A DNA stretch of 32,000 nucleotides from Methylorubrum extorquens (GCA_900234795.1 LT962688.1:3900001-3932000); one strand, 5' to 3'; shown: positions 10,812 through 19,733, counted from the stretch's first letter. A program made the numbers and translations. Notes: a model not told the origin generated them from the letters alone.

Positions 10812-12021
10812 TCAGGCCTTGGCGAGCGGGTTCTCGCGCAGGTAGCTGGAGGCGGCGGCAACACCCGAACCGGGGGTCACCTTCACGCCGTTGTCGATGA
10901 GCGACATCTCGGCACCGGCGATGGCGCCGAGCAGCGAGAGTTCGTTCAGGTCGCCGACGTGACCGATGCGGAACACCTTGCCCGCGACCTGGGACAGGCC
11001 GGCGCCGAGCGCGAGGTTGTAGCGCACATAGGCGTGCTTGATGATCTTGGCCGCGTCCACACCCTCGGGCGCCAGGATGGCGGTGACGGTGTCGGAGTTC
11101 CACTCCGGCGACTTGGCACAGGTCTTCAGGCCCCAGGCCGCGACGGCCTGACGGGTCGCCTCACCGAGCACGGCGTGGCGGTGGTAGACGTTCTCCAGGC
11201 CTTCCTCGAACAGGCAGGCGAGCGCCTCGCGCAGGCCGTAGAGCAGCGGCAGCGGCGGGGTGTAGGGGAAGTAGCCGGTCGGGTTCTGCTTCTTCTGGTC
11301 CTCCCAGTCGAAGTAGACGCGGGCGAGCCGGTCGTTGCGGCCGGACTGACCCTCGGCGGCCTTGAGCGCCTTCTGGCTGACGCAGATCACGCCGAGGCCG
11401 GCGGGCAGCATCAGGCCCTTCTGGGAGCCGGCGATGGCGCAGTCGACCTTCCACTCGTCGGCCTTGAAGGGCAGCGAGCCGATGGAGGACACGCCGTCGA
11501 CGAACAGCAGGGCCGGGTGGCCGGCGGCGTCGATCGCCTTGCGCACGGCGCCGATGTTGGAGGTCACGCCGGTCGCGGTCTCGTTATGGACCACCATGAC
11601 GGCCTTGATCTCATGGTTCTTGTCGGCGCGCAGGGCCTCCTCGATCTTCTCGGGCTTGGCGCCGGTGCCCCACTCCTCCTCCTGGACGACGACGTCCAGG
11701 CCGAGGCGCTGGGCCATGTCGATCCAGAGATGGCTGAACTGGCCGAAGCGGGCGGCCAGCACCTTGTCGCCGCGGGCGAGCGTGTTGGACAGCGCCGATT
11801 CCCAGATGCCCGTGCCGGAGGCCGGGAACAGGAAGATCGTGCCTTCGGTCGAGCCGAACACCTTCTTGGTGTCCTCGAACAGCGGCTTCGTCAGCGACGG
11901 GGAAATCGACCGAACGGTGATCCTCGGACTGCACCATCATGGCGCGCATCACCCGGTCCGGGATGTTGGTCGGGCCGGGAACGAACAGATGGTTGCGTCC
12001 CGGACGTCTCGTTGCCGCCAT
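10812..12021 (-). pseudogene. sgaA: Serine-glyoxylate aminotransferase, interrupted by a 1-nt insertion (or an assembly error) in a C4 run at 11899-11902
   Basis: The N-terminal 41 codons (MAATRRPGRNHLFVPGPTNIPDRVMRAMMVQSEDHRSVDFP, ATG 12021, GGAGGA RBS) are in one frame. The remaining 361 codons (SLTKPLFEDTKKVFGSTEGTIFLFPASGTG...ENPLAKA) are in the -1-shifted frame. The span is 1210 nt, which is 403 codons plus 1. Removing one C gives a contiguous 402-aa class-V aminotransferase. Confidence 0.85.
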
Positions 12022-12036
12022 GAGAATTTCCTCCAA

Positions 12037-12630
12037 TTAAGTCGTTCTGGGCAGAGCGGCCCTTCGCGGCCGCGATCCCGCCCGATCCTGATGGCGAGCG
12101 CAAGCCCGCCGCGAAACGTCGTTCAGTCCCACCGCCGGTCCCACCGCAAAGCCGCGCGCAAAAGGCCTTCCGCCGACCGGGACCGTACCTCTGCGATGTC
12201 GGATCGTTGATCGTCCCGGAGCGGCGAAGCGGCCGTCGTGCCGCTCGCGTCGCGGCGCGTGCAGCCGCGCCGGTCGCCTCCTAAGGACCGAACCCTCGAT
12301 GCGTCAGCCCGGCGCCGCATTCAAGCGCGCTCCTGCTGCGTGTCCAGCGCTCCCATCCATCGCGGCCATTCCCGCACCTCTGCCGGGTGCTGCTGCGCAT
12401 GCCGGGGCACGCGCGGCGGATGACCTTGGCTGCCGTTATGCCTCCCCCGCCGGGGAATGGAAAACGGAAAAAAACTGAACTGAAAAACAAAAAGATTTTC
12501 GTATGCACCGGCTGCGGGCAGGGTCTGCGGCGAGCCATGGGCGGGCGCGGTGCCGGAAACCGGGGAGACCGCCCGCAGCGCCGAAGCGGGGCAGAACGAT
12601 GCACCCCGCCGTCATCAAACTGAGATCGGA
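12037..12630. promoter_or_regulatory. Long divergent non-coding region upstream of sgaA and of the lpxH-like gene; expected site of the sga-operon promoter and LysR (QscR) sites
   Basis: About 590 bp have no convincing ORF; only Arg/Pro-rich shadow frames are present. An A-rich island lies at about 12455-12505 (GGAAAACGGAAAAAAACTGAACTGAAAAACAAAAAGATTTTCG). No motif-level assignment was possible by eye. Confidence 0.35.
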
Positions 12631-13497
12631 ATGCGATTTGGCTCTTCCCCGTCGCGGTGCGGTTGTGAGGAGCCGAGGGCGCCAGTGTCACAGGATCCGG
12701 AATCGACCATCCGCGTTCGGACGCTCTTCCTGTCCGATCTGCATCTCGGCACCAAGGGCTGCCAGGCGGCCCTGCTGCTCGACTTCCTGCGCGACGTCGA
12801 TGCCGACACGATCTACCTCGTGGGCGACATCGTCGACGGCTGGCAGCTCCGCTCGGGCTGGTACTGGCCGCAGGCGCATAACGACGTGGTGCAGAAGCTG
12901 CTGCGCAAGGTGCGGAAAGGCGCGCACGTCGTCTACGTGCCCGGCAACCACGACGAGTTCCTACGTGACTATATCGGCATGACCTTCGGCGGCATCGAGA
13001 TCGCCGACAGCCGGATCCACGTCGCGGCCGACGGCAAGCGCTACCTCGTCATCCATGGCGACCAGTTCGACATGGTGGTGCGCCACTCCAAGTGGCTCGC
13101 GCATCTGGGCGACTGGGCCTACACCACCGCGCTCGCGGTCAACACCGTGGTCAACCGGATACGCCGCCGGCTCGGCCTCGCCTACTGGTCGCTCTCGGCC
13201 TGGGCGAAGCTCAAGGTGAAGAACGCGGTCAACTTCATCGGGCAGTTCGAGACCTTCCTCGCGACGGAAGCCCGGCGCCAGGGCGCGGACGGGGTGATCT
13301 GCGGCCACATCCACCATGCGGCCCATCGCGAGGTCGAGGGGCTGATCTACCTCAACACCGGCGATTGGGTGGAATCCTGCACCGGCATCGTCGAGCATTA
13401 CGACGGCCGCATGGAGGTGCTGCACTACCCGACCCTGCTGCGCGAGCGCCGCGGGACCGAGTCCTTCGAGCCCGAGATCCGCCGCGCCGTCGCCTAG
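12631..13497 (+). CDS. LpxH-family calcineurin-like metallophosphoesterase (UDP-2,3-diacylglucosamine diphosphatase-like), ~288 aa
   Basis: Metallophosphoesterase motifs appear in order: LFLSDLHLG, VGDIVDGW, PGNHDEF, IHGDQFD and CGHIHH. The start is ambiguous: ATG 12631, or GTG 12685 preceded by GAGGG. Confidence 0.8.
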   Translation: MRFGSSPSRCGCEEPRAPVSQDPESTIRVRTLFLSDLHLGTKGCQAALLLDFLRDVDADTIYLVGDIVDGWQLRSGWYWPQAHNDVVQKLLRKVRKGAHVVYVPGNHDEFLRDYIGMTFGGIEIADSRIHVAADGKRYLVIHGDQFDMVVRHSKWLAHLGDWAYTTALAVNTVVNRIRRRLGLAYWSLSAWAKLKVKNAVNFIGQFETFLATEARRQGADGVICGHIHHAAHREVEGLIYLNTGDWVESCTGIVEHYDGRMEVLHYPTLLRERRGTESFEPEIRRAVA

Positions 13498-13529
13498 AGC
13501 CCCGCCCCTCACGGACAGACGAGACCCGC

Positions 13530-14612
13530 ATGAGGCTGCTGCTCGCCACCGATGCGTGGCACCCGCAGGTCAACGGTGTGGTGCGCTCGGTCGAGCGCAT
13601 GGCCGAGGCCGCCGCCGGTCTCGGCGTCGAGCCGCTGATGCTGACGCCGGCCGACTTCCCCTTCCTGCCGATGCCGGGCTACCGCGAGATCCGGCTCTCT
13701 CTGGTCACCCGCGGCCGGGTGCTGTCCCGCTGGGAGCGGCTCGCGCCGACCCATGTGCACATCGCAACAGAAGGCCCGATCGGCCACGCGGTGCGCGCCG
13801 CCTGCCTGTCGCGCGGGCAGGCCTTCACCACGAGCTACCACACCCGCTTTCCCGAATACCTCGCCGCCCGCGCGCCGGTGCCGGAGGCCTGGAGCTATGC
13901 GTGGCTGCGCCGCTTCCACGCCGCGGCGAGCGGCACCATGGTCAGCACGCCCTCCCTCGAACGGGAGCTGGCGGGGCGTGGCTTCACCCACCTGATGCGC
14001 TGGACCCGCGGCGTCGACACCGACCTCTTCCGCCCCCGTGACGGCGACGACGGGGCGAACCCGTTTCCCGATCTGCCGCGGCCGATCTTCCTCTCGGTCG
14101 GCCGGCTCGCGGTCGAGAAGAACCTTGCCGCCTTTCTCAGCCTCGATCTGCCGGGCTCCAAGGTCGTGGTCGGCGACGGGCCGGACCGGGCGCGGCTCCA
14201 GGCGCTGGCGCTGGCGCCGGACGCGTACTTCCTCGGCGCGCTGACCGGCGAGGCGCTGGCGCGGGTCTATGCGCGTGCCGACGCCTTCGTGTTCCCGAGC
14301 CTGACCGACACCTTCGGCATCGTGCTGCTCGAAGCGCTCGCCTCGGGCCTGCCGGTGGCGGCCTATCCCGTGACCGGCCCCCTCGACGTGATCGGCGGCA
14401 CCGGCGCGGGCGCCCTCGATGCGGATCTGCGCGCGGCCGCACTCGCCGCGCTCGCGATCCCGCGGGAGCGCTGCCGGGCGGAGGCGATGCGCTACACCTG
14501 GGCCGAGAGCGCGCGCCAGTTCTACGACAACATCGCGACCGCCCACGCGCTCGGATCGGTTCAGCGCTCCGCCCGCCAACCGGGCAGCGCCCCGCTGCCG
14601 CGCCCCGGCTGA
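13530..14612 (+). CDS. GT4-family (GT-B, group 1) glycosyltransferase, 360 aa
   Basis: From ATG 13530 the translation reads MRLLLATDAWHPQVNGVVRSVERM, a typical GT4 N-terminus. The C-terminal E-x7-E-type region FVFPSLTDTFGIVLLEALASGLPV is present. It lies 32 nt after the lpxH-like stop. Confidence 0.8.
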   Translation: MRLLLATDAWHPQVNGVVRSVERMAEAAAGLGVEPLMLTPADFPFLPMPGYREIRLSLVTRGRVLSRWERLAPTHVHIATEGPIGHAVRAACLSRGQAFTTSYHTRFPEYLAARAPVPEAWSYAWLRRFHAAASGTMVSTPSLERELAGRGFTHLMRWTRGVDTDLFRPRDGDDGANPFPDLPRPIFLSVGRLAVEKNLAAFLSLDLPGSKVVVGDGPDRARLQALALAPDAYFLGALTGEALARVYARADAFVFPSLTDTFGIVLLEALASGLPVAAYPVTGPLDVIGGTGAGALDADLRAAALAALAIPRERCRAEAMRYTWAESARQFYDNIATAHALGSVQRSARQPGSAPLPRPG

Positions 14613-14739
14613 GCGGGGCCGGCATTCCCGCGGGATCGATCGGATGCCGCCGGATTCATGGCCGGGACGCCCCCTTGTCCGCGGGGTTTTGACCCGCCCC
14701 GGGATGACGGGGGACCGCAGGGATGCCAGGGTTCGCGCC

Positions 14740-15390
14740 ATGGCCCTTCGAGCAAAATCCGTCAAAGCCCCGCGCCCGTTCGATCCTGCGCTTGCCGCCA
14801 CCTATCCGGCGGTGATCGGCTGCGACGAGGTCGGGCGCGGCGCCCTGTGCGGTCCGGTGATGGTGGCGGCCGTGTGGTTCGACCCCGTCGCCTTCCCGCC
14901 GGAGATCCTGGCCCGGCTCGACGACAGCAAGCGCCTCGACCGTGCCGCGCGCGAGGCGCTGACCCCGCTGATCCGGGCGCATGCGCGGGTTTCGCTCGCG
15001 GCGGGCTCGCGGGCGCTGGTGGATCGGGTGAACGTGCGCGGGGCGACCCTCGACGCCATGCGCCGGGCGGTCCTGGGCCTCGGCCTCGACGCGACCGTGC
15101 TGGTGGACGGGCGCGATCCGATTCCCGGCCTGGCGCAGGGCTGCCGCGCGGTGATCGGCGGCGACCGCCTCGTGCCGCAGATCGCCGCCGCCTCCATCGT
15201 CGCCAAGACGTTTCGCGATGAGATCATGCGCCGGCTCGCCCCGCGCCACCCGGCCTATGCCTGGGAGCGCAACGCCGGCTACGGCACCGCCGCCCACCTC
15301 GCCGGCCTCACCGCGCAAGGCCGCAGCCCGCACCACAGGCTCAGCTTCACGGGACGGTTCGAGGCCGCGCGCGGCATCTCGGACGCGTGA
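14740..15390 (+). CDS. rnhB: Ribonuclease HII (216 aa)
   Basis: The active-site motif IGCDEVGRGALCGPV and the downstream DDSKRL and AASIVAK motifs are present. The start is ATG 14740, or alternatively ATG 14704. Confidence 0.85.
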   Translation: MALRAKSVKAPRPFDPALAATYPAVIGCDEVGRGALCGPVMVAAVWFDPVAFPPEILARLDDSKRLDRAAREALTPLIRAHARVSLAAGSRALVDRVNVRGATLDAMRRAVLGLGLDATVLVDGRDPIPGLAQGCRAVIGGDRLVPQIAAASIVAKTFRDEIMRRLAPRHPAYAWERNAGYGTAAHLAGLTAQGRSPHHRLSFTGRFEAARGISDA

Positions 15391-15744
15391 CGGGGTGCCG
15401 GTGGGATCCTTGCCGGTGCCGTCGTGTCTCCCCCTTCCCCGCAGCCACGGCCGTCCGGAAAAACTCGGAAGCCGAAGGTCAGCCGAGTCGGGTTCTCGGA
15501 AGCCCTCGCGACCATGCGCTGTGGCCTTTGGCGCGAGCTGTGGGACCGGATCGGGCTTCTCCTCTCATCCGCATGACCCGCCCGCTTAACCGCCCGTTAA
15601 CCCAAACTTGACTTGATCGATCTCGAGACTGCGCGCTCCCTGCGTGCCTCGATCCGATGCCGCTTCCGCCGAGGGAAGCGCCTGCGCGCCGGGCAAGCCC
15701 GGGCGGGCATAGGGGCGGGCAAGGGAGCCGGTAGGGAGACCGAC

Positions 15745-16362
15745 ATGCCGCACGATCCCATCCGAACGGGGGGCACGACCCGCCGCGCCGCCCTGCTCGG
15801 CCTCTCGGCCGGACTTTCCGGCGGCCTCCTGGCCGGGGCCACCCCCGCTCTGGCCTATCAGGACGACGGCGTGCGCCCGGACTCGTTCCGCGCCGCCGAG
15901 GTGGTCGAGAATGGGCACCGCTTCTTCGGCAGCGTGTCCCGCGGCCTCGCGCTCACCGTCGAGGAGGCGACCCGGCGCTGGGGCGAGCCCAACGGCTACA
16001 TCCTGGGACAGGAGGCGTCCGGCGCCATCGTCGGCGGCCTGCGCTTCGGCGAGGGCACGCTCTATACCCGCAATGCCGGGCAGCGCCGGATCTACTGGCA
16101 GGGGCCGACGCTCGGCTTCGATGTCGGCGGCGACGGCGCGCGCACCATGATGCTCGTCTACAACCTGCCCGCCGTGCGCGACCTCTACCGCCGCTTCGGC
16201 GGCGTCGACGGCTCGGCCTACTTCATCGGCGGCTTCGGCATGACGGCGGTGACCGACGGCGGCATCATCGTGGTGCCGATCCGCTCCGGCGTCGGCGCCC
16301 GGCTCGGCATCAATATCGGCTATCTGAAATTCACCGGCCGCCCGACTTGGAACCCGTTCTGA
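15745..16362 (+). CDS. DUF1134-family periplasmic protein (EipA-like), Tat/Sec signal, 205 aa
   Basis: ATG 15745 follows GGGAGA. The signal reads TRRAALLGLSAGLSGGLLAGATPALA. The mature part reads GYILGQEASGAIVGGLRFGEGTLY...GFDVGGDGARTMMLVYN...GSAYFIGGFGM, which matches my recollection of DUF1134. Confidence 0.7.
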   Translation: MPHDPIRTGGTTRRAALLGLSAGLSGGLLAGATPALAYQDDGVRPDSFRAAEVVENGHRFFGSVSRGLALTVEEATRRWGEPNGYILGQEASGAIVGGLRFGEGTLYTRNAGQRRIYWQGPTLGFDVGGDGARTMMLVYNLPAVRDLYRRFGGVDGSAYFIGGFGMTAVTDGGIIVVPIRSGVGARLGINIGYLKFTGRPTWNPF

Positions 16363-16571
16363 CCGTTTCCCGAACGATTCGGGCCATCGCCTGACGCCAC
16401 ACAATCTCCCGGAGAGGGCGGGCTGGGGGCCCTCTGCGACAAGCGCCCGCGGGTGCGGTCGCCGACGCTTAAGGCCGGAGGGAAGACACGGCGCTTGCCT
16501 CCGCGCGGGCAAGACGGGCAAAAGACGCAGCGGCCGGACCTGCCCGGCCGAGGCGGCGTGAGGGCCCCTTC

Positions 16572-17294
16572 GTGATCGAGACCGTGATGATCTTCGGGCT
16601 CGGCTTCCTCCTGGCGAGCCTGTGCGCCCTGACGATCCTGCCGACCGTGAGCGCCCGCGCCAGCCGTCTCGCCCGACGGCGGATCGAGGCGACCCTGCCG
16701 GTGAGCGTGTCCGAGGTCGTGGCCGAGCGCGACCATCTGCGCGCGGAGTTCGCCGTCGTGCAGCGGCGGCTGGAGCGGAAGGCCGAGGCGATCGCCGCCC
16801 GGCGCCACGCCGACATGGCCGCCATCGGGACCCGCACCATGGAGACCGAGGCTGCGGTCGCCGCCCGGATCCGCAGCGAGGCCGAGGTGGCCCGCGCCCT
16901 CGAGCGCATCGCCGGGCTCGACCGGGACCTCGCCTCGGCGCGGGCCGAGGGTGAGACCGGGCTCGCCACCCTGCACGCCCTGGAAGAGGCCCACCGCGCG
17001 ATCCTCGACGATCTCAAGGCGACGCGCCGGATGCAGGCCGCGACCGCGCCGTCGGGCGCCGAGGGCGAGACCGTCGGGCCTGCCTCCACGGCGGCCGAGA
17101 TCGAGGCGCTGCGCGCGGAATTAACGGCGGCCCAGGCCGCGCTGGCCGCACGCGGGAGCGACGACACCGCCGAGCTGCGCCGCCGTATCAGCGAGGTCGC
17201 CGACGCCTTGGCGCGGCACGACCGTCTGCCCCAAGATCGCTTGCCCCAGGCCGGAGCCTTTCCGGCCGCGTCGCCCGCGCTCGCCGAGAGCTGA
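16572..17294 (+). CDS. Membrane-anchored coiled-coil protein, unknown function (240 aa)
   Basis: It has a GTG start, one N-terminal TM (IFGLGFLLASLCALTILPTV), then a long Ala/Arg/Glu heptad-like region. Third-position GC is very high in this frame only. Confidence 0.6.
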   Translation: MIETVMIFGLGFLLASLCALTILPTVSARASRLARRRIEATLPVSVSEVVAERDHLRAEFAVVQRRLERKAEAIAARRHADMAAIGTRTMETEAAVAARIRSEAEVARALERIAGLDRDLASARAEGETGLATLHALEEAHRAILDDLKATRRMQAATAPSGAEGETVGPASTAAEIEALRAELTAAQAALAARGSDDTAELRRRISEVADALARHDRLPQDRLPQAGAFPAASPALAES

Positions 17295-17484
17295 AACGCA
17301 CCGAGCGGCGCCGGCCGGGGGCCTACTCTGCCAGCATCTCTTGCCCCGTCCCGTACGAGCCCGTAAGCACCGAACCATCTTGCGTTTGCCCCGGACCCGC
17401 CTTGTTTCGAACAAGCGGGGGCATCATCGCGCCCGGATCTCCTCTCACGAATCTCTTCCCACGAACCGCGATCGAGCGAACATC

Positions 17485-17763
17485 ATGGCTTTGAAGCTGA
17501 CGCCCCTGGTTCTCGCCCTCACGGGTGCGGTCGCCGTGTTGGCTGCTCCGGCACAGGCGCAGCAGTCGAAGCGCGGCAACGAGACGCTCAAGAAGTACTG
17601 CACCGGCGATTACCTCAGCTATTGCGGCAACCTCGACCCGGACGATCCGGCCACCGATCAGTGCTTCAAGACCAACTGGGCCAAGCTCTCCGAAAACTGC
17701 CGTCGGGCGATCGACGCCTACGCGCCGCCGAAGGATTCGCAGCGCGGCAACAAGAAGAGCTGA
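17485..17763 (+). CDS. Small secreted cysteine-rich-repeat protein (92 aa)
   Basis: ATG 17485 starts the Sec signal MALKLTPLVLALTGAVAVLAAPAQA. The mature part carries C-x2-D-x4-C...C-x7-LS-x2-C (CTGDYLSYC...CFKTNWAKLSENC), the bacterial 'cysteine rich repeat' pattern. GC3 is high. Confidence 0.65.
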   Translation: MALKLTPLVLALTGAVAVLAAPAQAQQSKRGNETLKKYCTGDYLSYCGNLDPDDPATDQCFKTNWAKLSENCRRAIDAYAPPKDSQRGNKKS

Positions 17764-17915
17764 CGACCGCGCTGGGGCCCGACGGAAGCGGGCGCGCTGC
17801 GCAGCCATGTCGCGCGCGCCTCGTCCCGCCCGAGACGCCGCGGCCCACCTTTCGGGGCGAGGCTCCAACGGCTAAGCTCGTACCGCCCAGCCGGGAAAGA
17901 CCGCCGGAAACACCG

Positions 17916-18266
17916 ATGCCCGCCCCTTCCGCCCGCCTCTCGATCCTGATCGCGCTCGGCCTCACCCTGGCCTGCACGGCCTGTGGCCGGCGCGGCAGCC
18001 TGGAGCCGCCGGGTGCGGCCCTCTCCGAGACCGCTCCGGGGACGCGGCCCGGCGTTCCCGCCTCGGCGCGGAGCCTGCCGGGCAGCACGGTCTCCGTGGG
18101 TGATCGCGGCGCGGCCCCCGATCCGGAAGCCGTGCAGGCGGGCGACGAGCTGAGCGCCGCGGCGATCCCCGCAGGCGGCGACGGCGTTCCGGTCACGACC
18201 TCCCGCGGATCCAAGCGCGGCTACCGGATCCCGAAAGAGCCCTTCATCCTCGATCCGCTTCTGTAG
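17916..18266 (+). CDS. Probable small lipoprotein upstream of lysA (116 aa)
   Basis: ATG 17916 starts a signal-like MPAPSARLSILIALGLTLACTACG with a lipobox-like LAC/TAC, followed by a Pro/Gly/Ala-rich low-complexity region. Small lipoprotein genes commonly precede lysA or dapF. Confidence 0.55.
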   Translation: MPAPSARLSILIALGLTLACTACGRRGSLEPPGAALSETAPGTRPGVPASARSLPGSTVSVGDRGAAPDPEAVQAGDELSAAAIPAGGDGVPVTTSRGSKRGYRIPKEPFILDPLL

Positions 18267-18464
18267 CGGGCCGCCGGAGCGCGCCCCTACCGAGGCCGGT
18301 CTCCGGTTCGGGGGCACACAGCTTCCGATCCTCGATCCACTCCCCTCCGGGCGTGCCCGTGAAGTGGGAGTTTTGTGAGAGACACGTAGACAGCGCACCG
18401 CGCGTGGGGGCATTCGGATGCGCCGATCCCTCATCCGGCGGGCGCGGCGGCGGATTCTCCTGAC

Positions 18465-19733
18465 ATGCACCATTTCCACTACCGGGACGGGCGCCTCCAC
18501 GCCGAGGACGTCGATCTGACCGCGCTGGCCGAGGAGGTCGGCACACCGTTCTACTGCTACAGCACCGCGACTCTGGAACGGCACTACCGCGTCTTCGCCG
18601 AGGCCTTCGCGGGCGACGATGCGCTGGTGTGCTTTGCCATGAAGGCGAACTCGAACCAGGCGGTGCTCGCCACCCTCGCGCACCAGGGTGCGGGCATGGA
18701 CATCGTCTCCGAGGGCGAATTGCGCCGGGCGCTCGCTGCGGGCGTGCCGTGCGAGCGCATCGTGTTCTCCGGCGTCGGTAAGACCCGCGAGGAAATGGCT
18801 GCGGCGCTCGACGCGAACATCCTCTGCTTCAACGTCGAGAGCGAGCCGGAACTCGCCGCCCTGTCCGAGGTCGCCGTCGCGCGCGGGCGCAAGGCGCCGG
18901 TCTCGATCCGCGTGAACCCGGATGTCGATGCGCTGACGCATGCCAAGATCTCGACCGGCAAGTCCGACAACAAGTTCGGCATCCCGATCTCCCGCGCCCG
19001 CGCGGTCTATGCCGGGGCCGCCCGGCTACCCGGCCTGGAGATCGTCGGCGTCGATGCGCATATCGGCAGCCAGATCACCGACCTGACCCCGTTCGACAAC
19101 GCCGCGCGCCTGCTCTGCGAGCTGGCCCGCGATCTGCTCGCCGACGGGCACCGGCTGCACCATGTCGATTTCGGCGGCGGCCTCGGCATCCCCTATCGCG
19201 ACGACAACGCGCCCCCGCCCGATCCGGCGGCTCTGGCCGCGATCCTGCGCCCGCATTTCAAGCCGCTCGGCCTGCGCCCCGTCTTCGAGATCGGGCGGAT
19301 GATCGCCGGCAATGCCGGCATCCTCGTCACCCGCGTGATCTACGTGAAGCCGACGGACGAGAAGACCTTCGTCATCGTCGACGGGGCGATGAACGATCTG
19401 ATCCGCCCGACGCTCTACGAGGCCTTCCACGCCCTGCGCCCGGTACGCGAGCCCGCGCCCGATACGCCCCGGCTGACGGCGGACGTGGTCGGCCCGGTCT
19501 GCGAGAGCGGCGACTATCTCGCACTTGGGCGCGAGATGCCGATGGTGGCGCCGGGCGACCTCATCGCGGTGATGAGCGCGGGCGCCTACGGTGCGGTCCA
19601 GGCCTGCACCTACAACAGCCGCCGCCTCGTGCCCGAGGTGCTCGTGACCGGCGACCGCTCGGCCGTGGTGCGCCCGCGTCCGAGCTACGACGACCTGATC
19701 CGCCTCGACCGCCTGCCCGACTGGCTCGCGTGA
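18465..19733 (+). CDS. lysA: Diaminopimelate decarboxylase (422 aa)
   Basis: It is a fold-III PLP decarboxylase: MHHFHYRDGRLHAEDVDLTALAEEVGTPFYCYS, the AMKAN PLP-lysine motif, GGGLGI and CESGD. Confidence 0.93.
   Translation: MHHFHYRDGRLHAEDVDLTALAEEVGTPFYCYSTATLERHYRVFAEAFAGDDALVCFAMKANSNQAVLATLAHQGAGMDIVSEGELRRALAAGVPCERIVFSGVGKTREEMAAALDANILCFNVESEPELAALSEVAVARGRKAPVSIRVNPDVDALTHAKISTGKSDNKFGIPISRARAVYAGAARLPGLEIVGVDAHIGSQITDLTPFDNAARLLCELARDLLADGHRLHHVDFGGGLGIPYRDDNAPPPDPAALAAILRPHFKPLGLRPVFEIGRMIAGNAGILVTRVIYVKPTDEKTFVIVDGAMNDLIRPTLYEAFHALRPVREPAPDTPRLTADVVGPVCESGDYLALGREMPMVAPGDLIAVMSAGAYGAVQACTYNSRRLVPEVLVTGDRSAVVRPRPSYDDLIRLDRLPDWLA

Noticed and set aside
11861-11940. Programmed ribosomal frameshift or translational recoding in sgaA
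   Set aside because: There is no slippery heptamer, downstream pseudoknot or precedent in this family. A single-base homopolymer length change (mutation or sequencing error) is the simpler explanation.
12123-12691. Small ORFs in the sgaA upstream region (12123..12320 -, 12281..12691 -, 12238..12423 +, 12387..12623 +)
   Set aside because: They are Arg/Pro/Gly-rich with no SD, no domain resemblance and inconsistent third-position bias. The region is treated as non-coding regulatory DNA.
12961-16521. Long minus-strand ORFs (12961..13512, 13509..14801 430 aa, 14656..15336, 15586..16521 311 aa)
   Set aside because: They are antisense shadows of the lpxH-like, GT4, rnhB and DUF1134 genes, which carry clear catalytic or family motifs.
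16320-17167. Minus-strand ORFs 16320..16994 and 16469..17167, opposite the coiled-coil gene
   Set aside because: The plus frame has a TM anchor, a heptad-like composition and near-uniform G/C at third positions. The minus frames are Arg/Ala/Ser/Pro low-complexity.
18267-18464. Possible lysine riboswitch (L-box) upstream of lysA
   Set aside because: I could not find the conserved L-box core helices or motifs in the 198-nt spacer. There is no support from sequence.
17718-18941. 407-aa minus-strand ORF spanning the lipoprotein gene, the spacer and the lysA 5' end
   Set aside because: It crosses an intergenic region, lies antisense to lysA (PLP motifs unmistakable) and has no domain resemblance.
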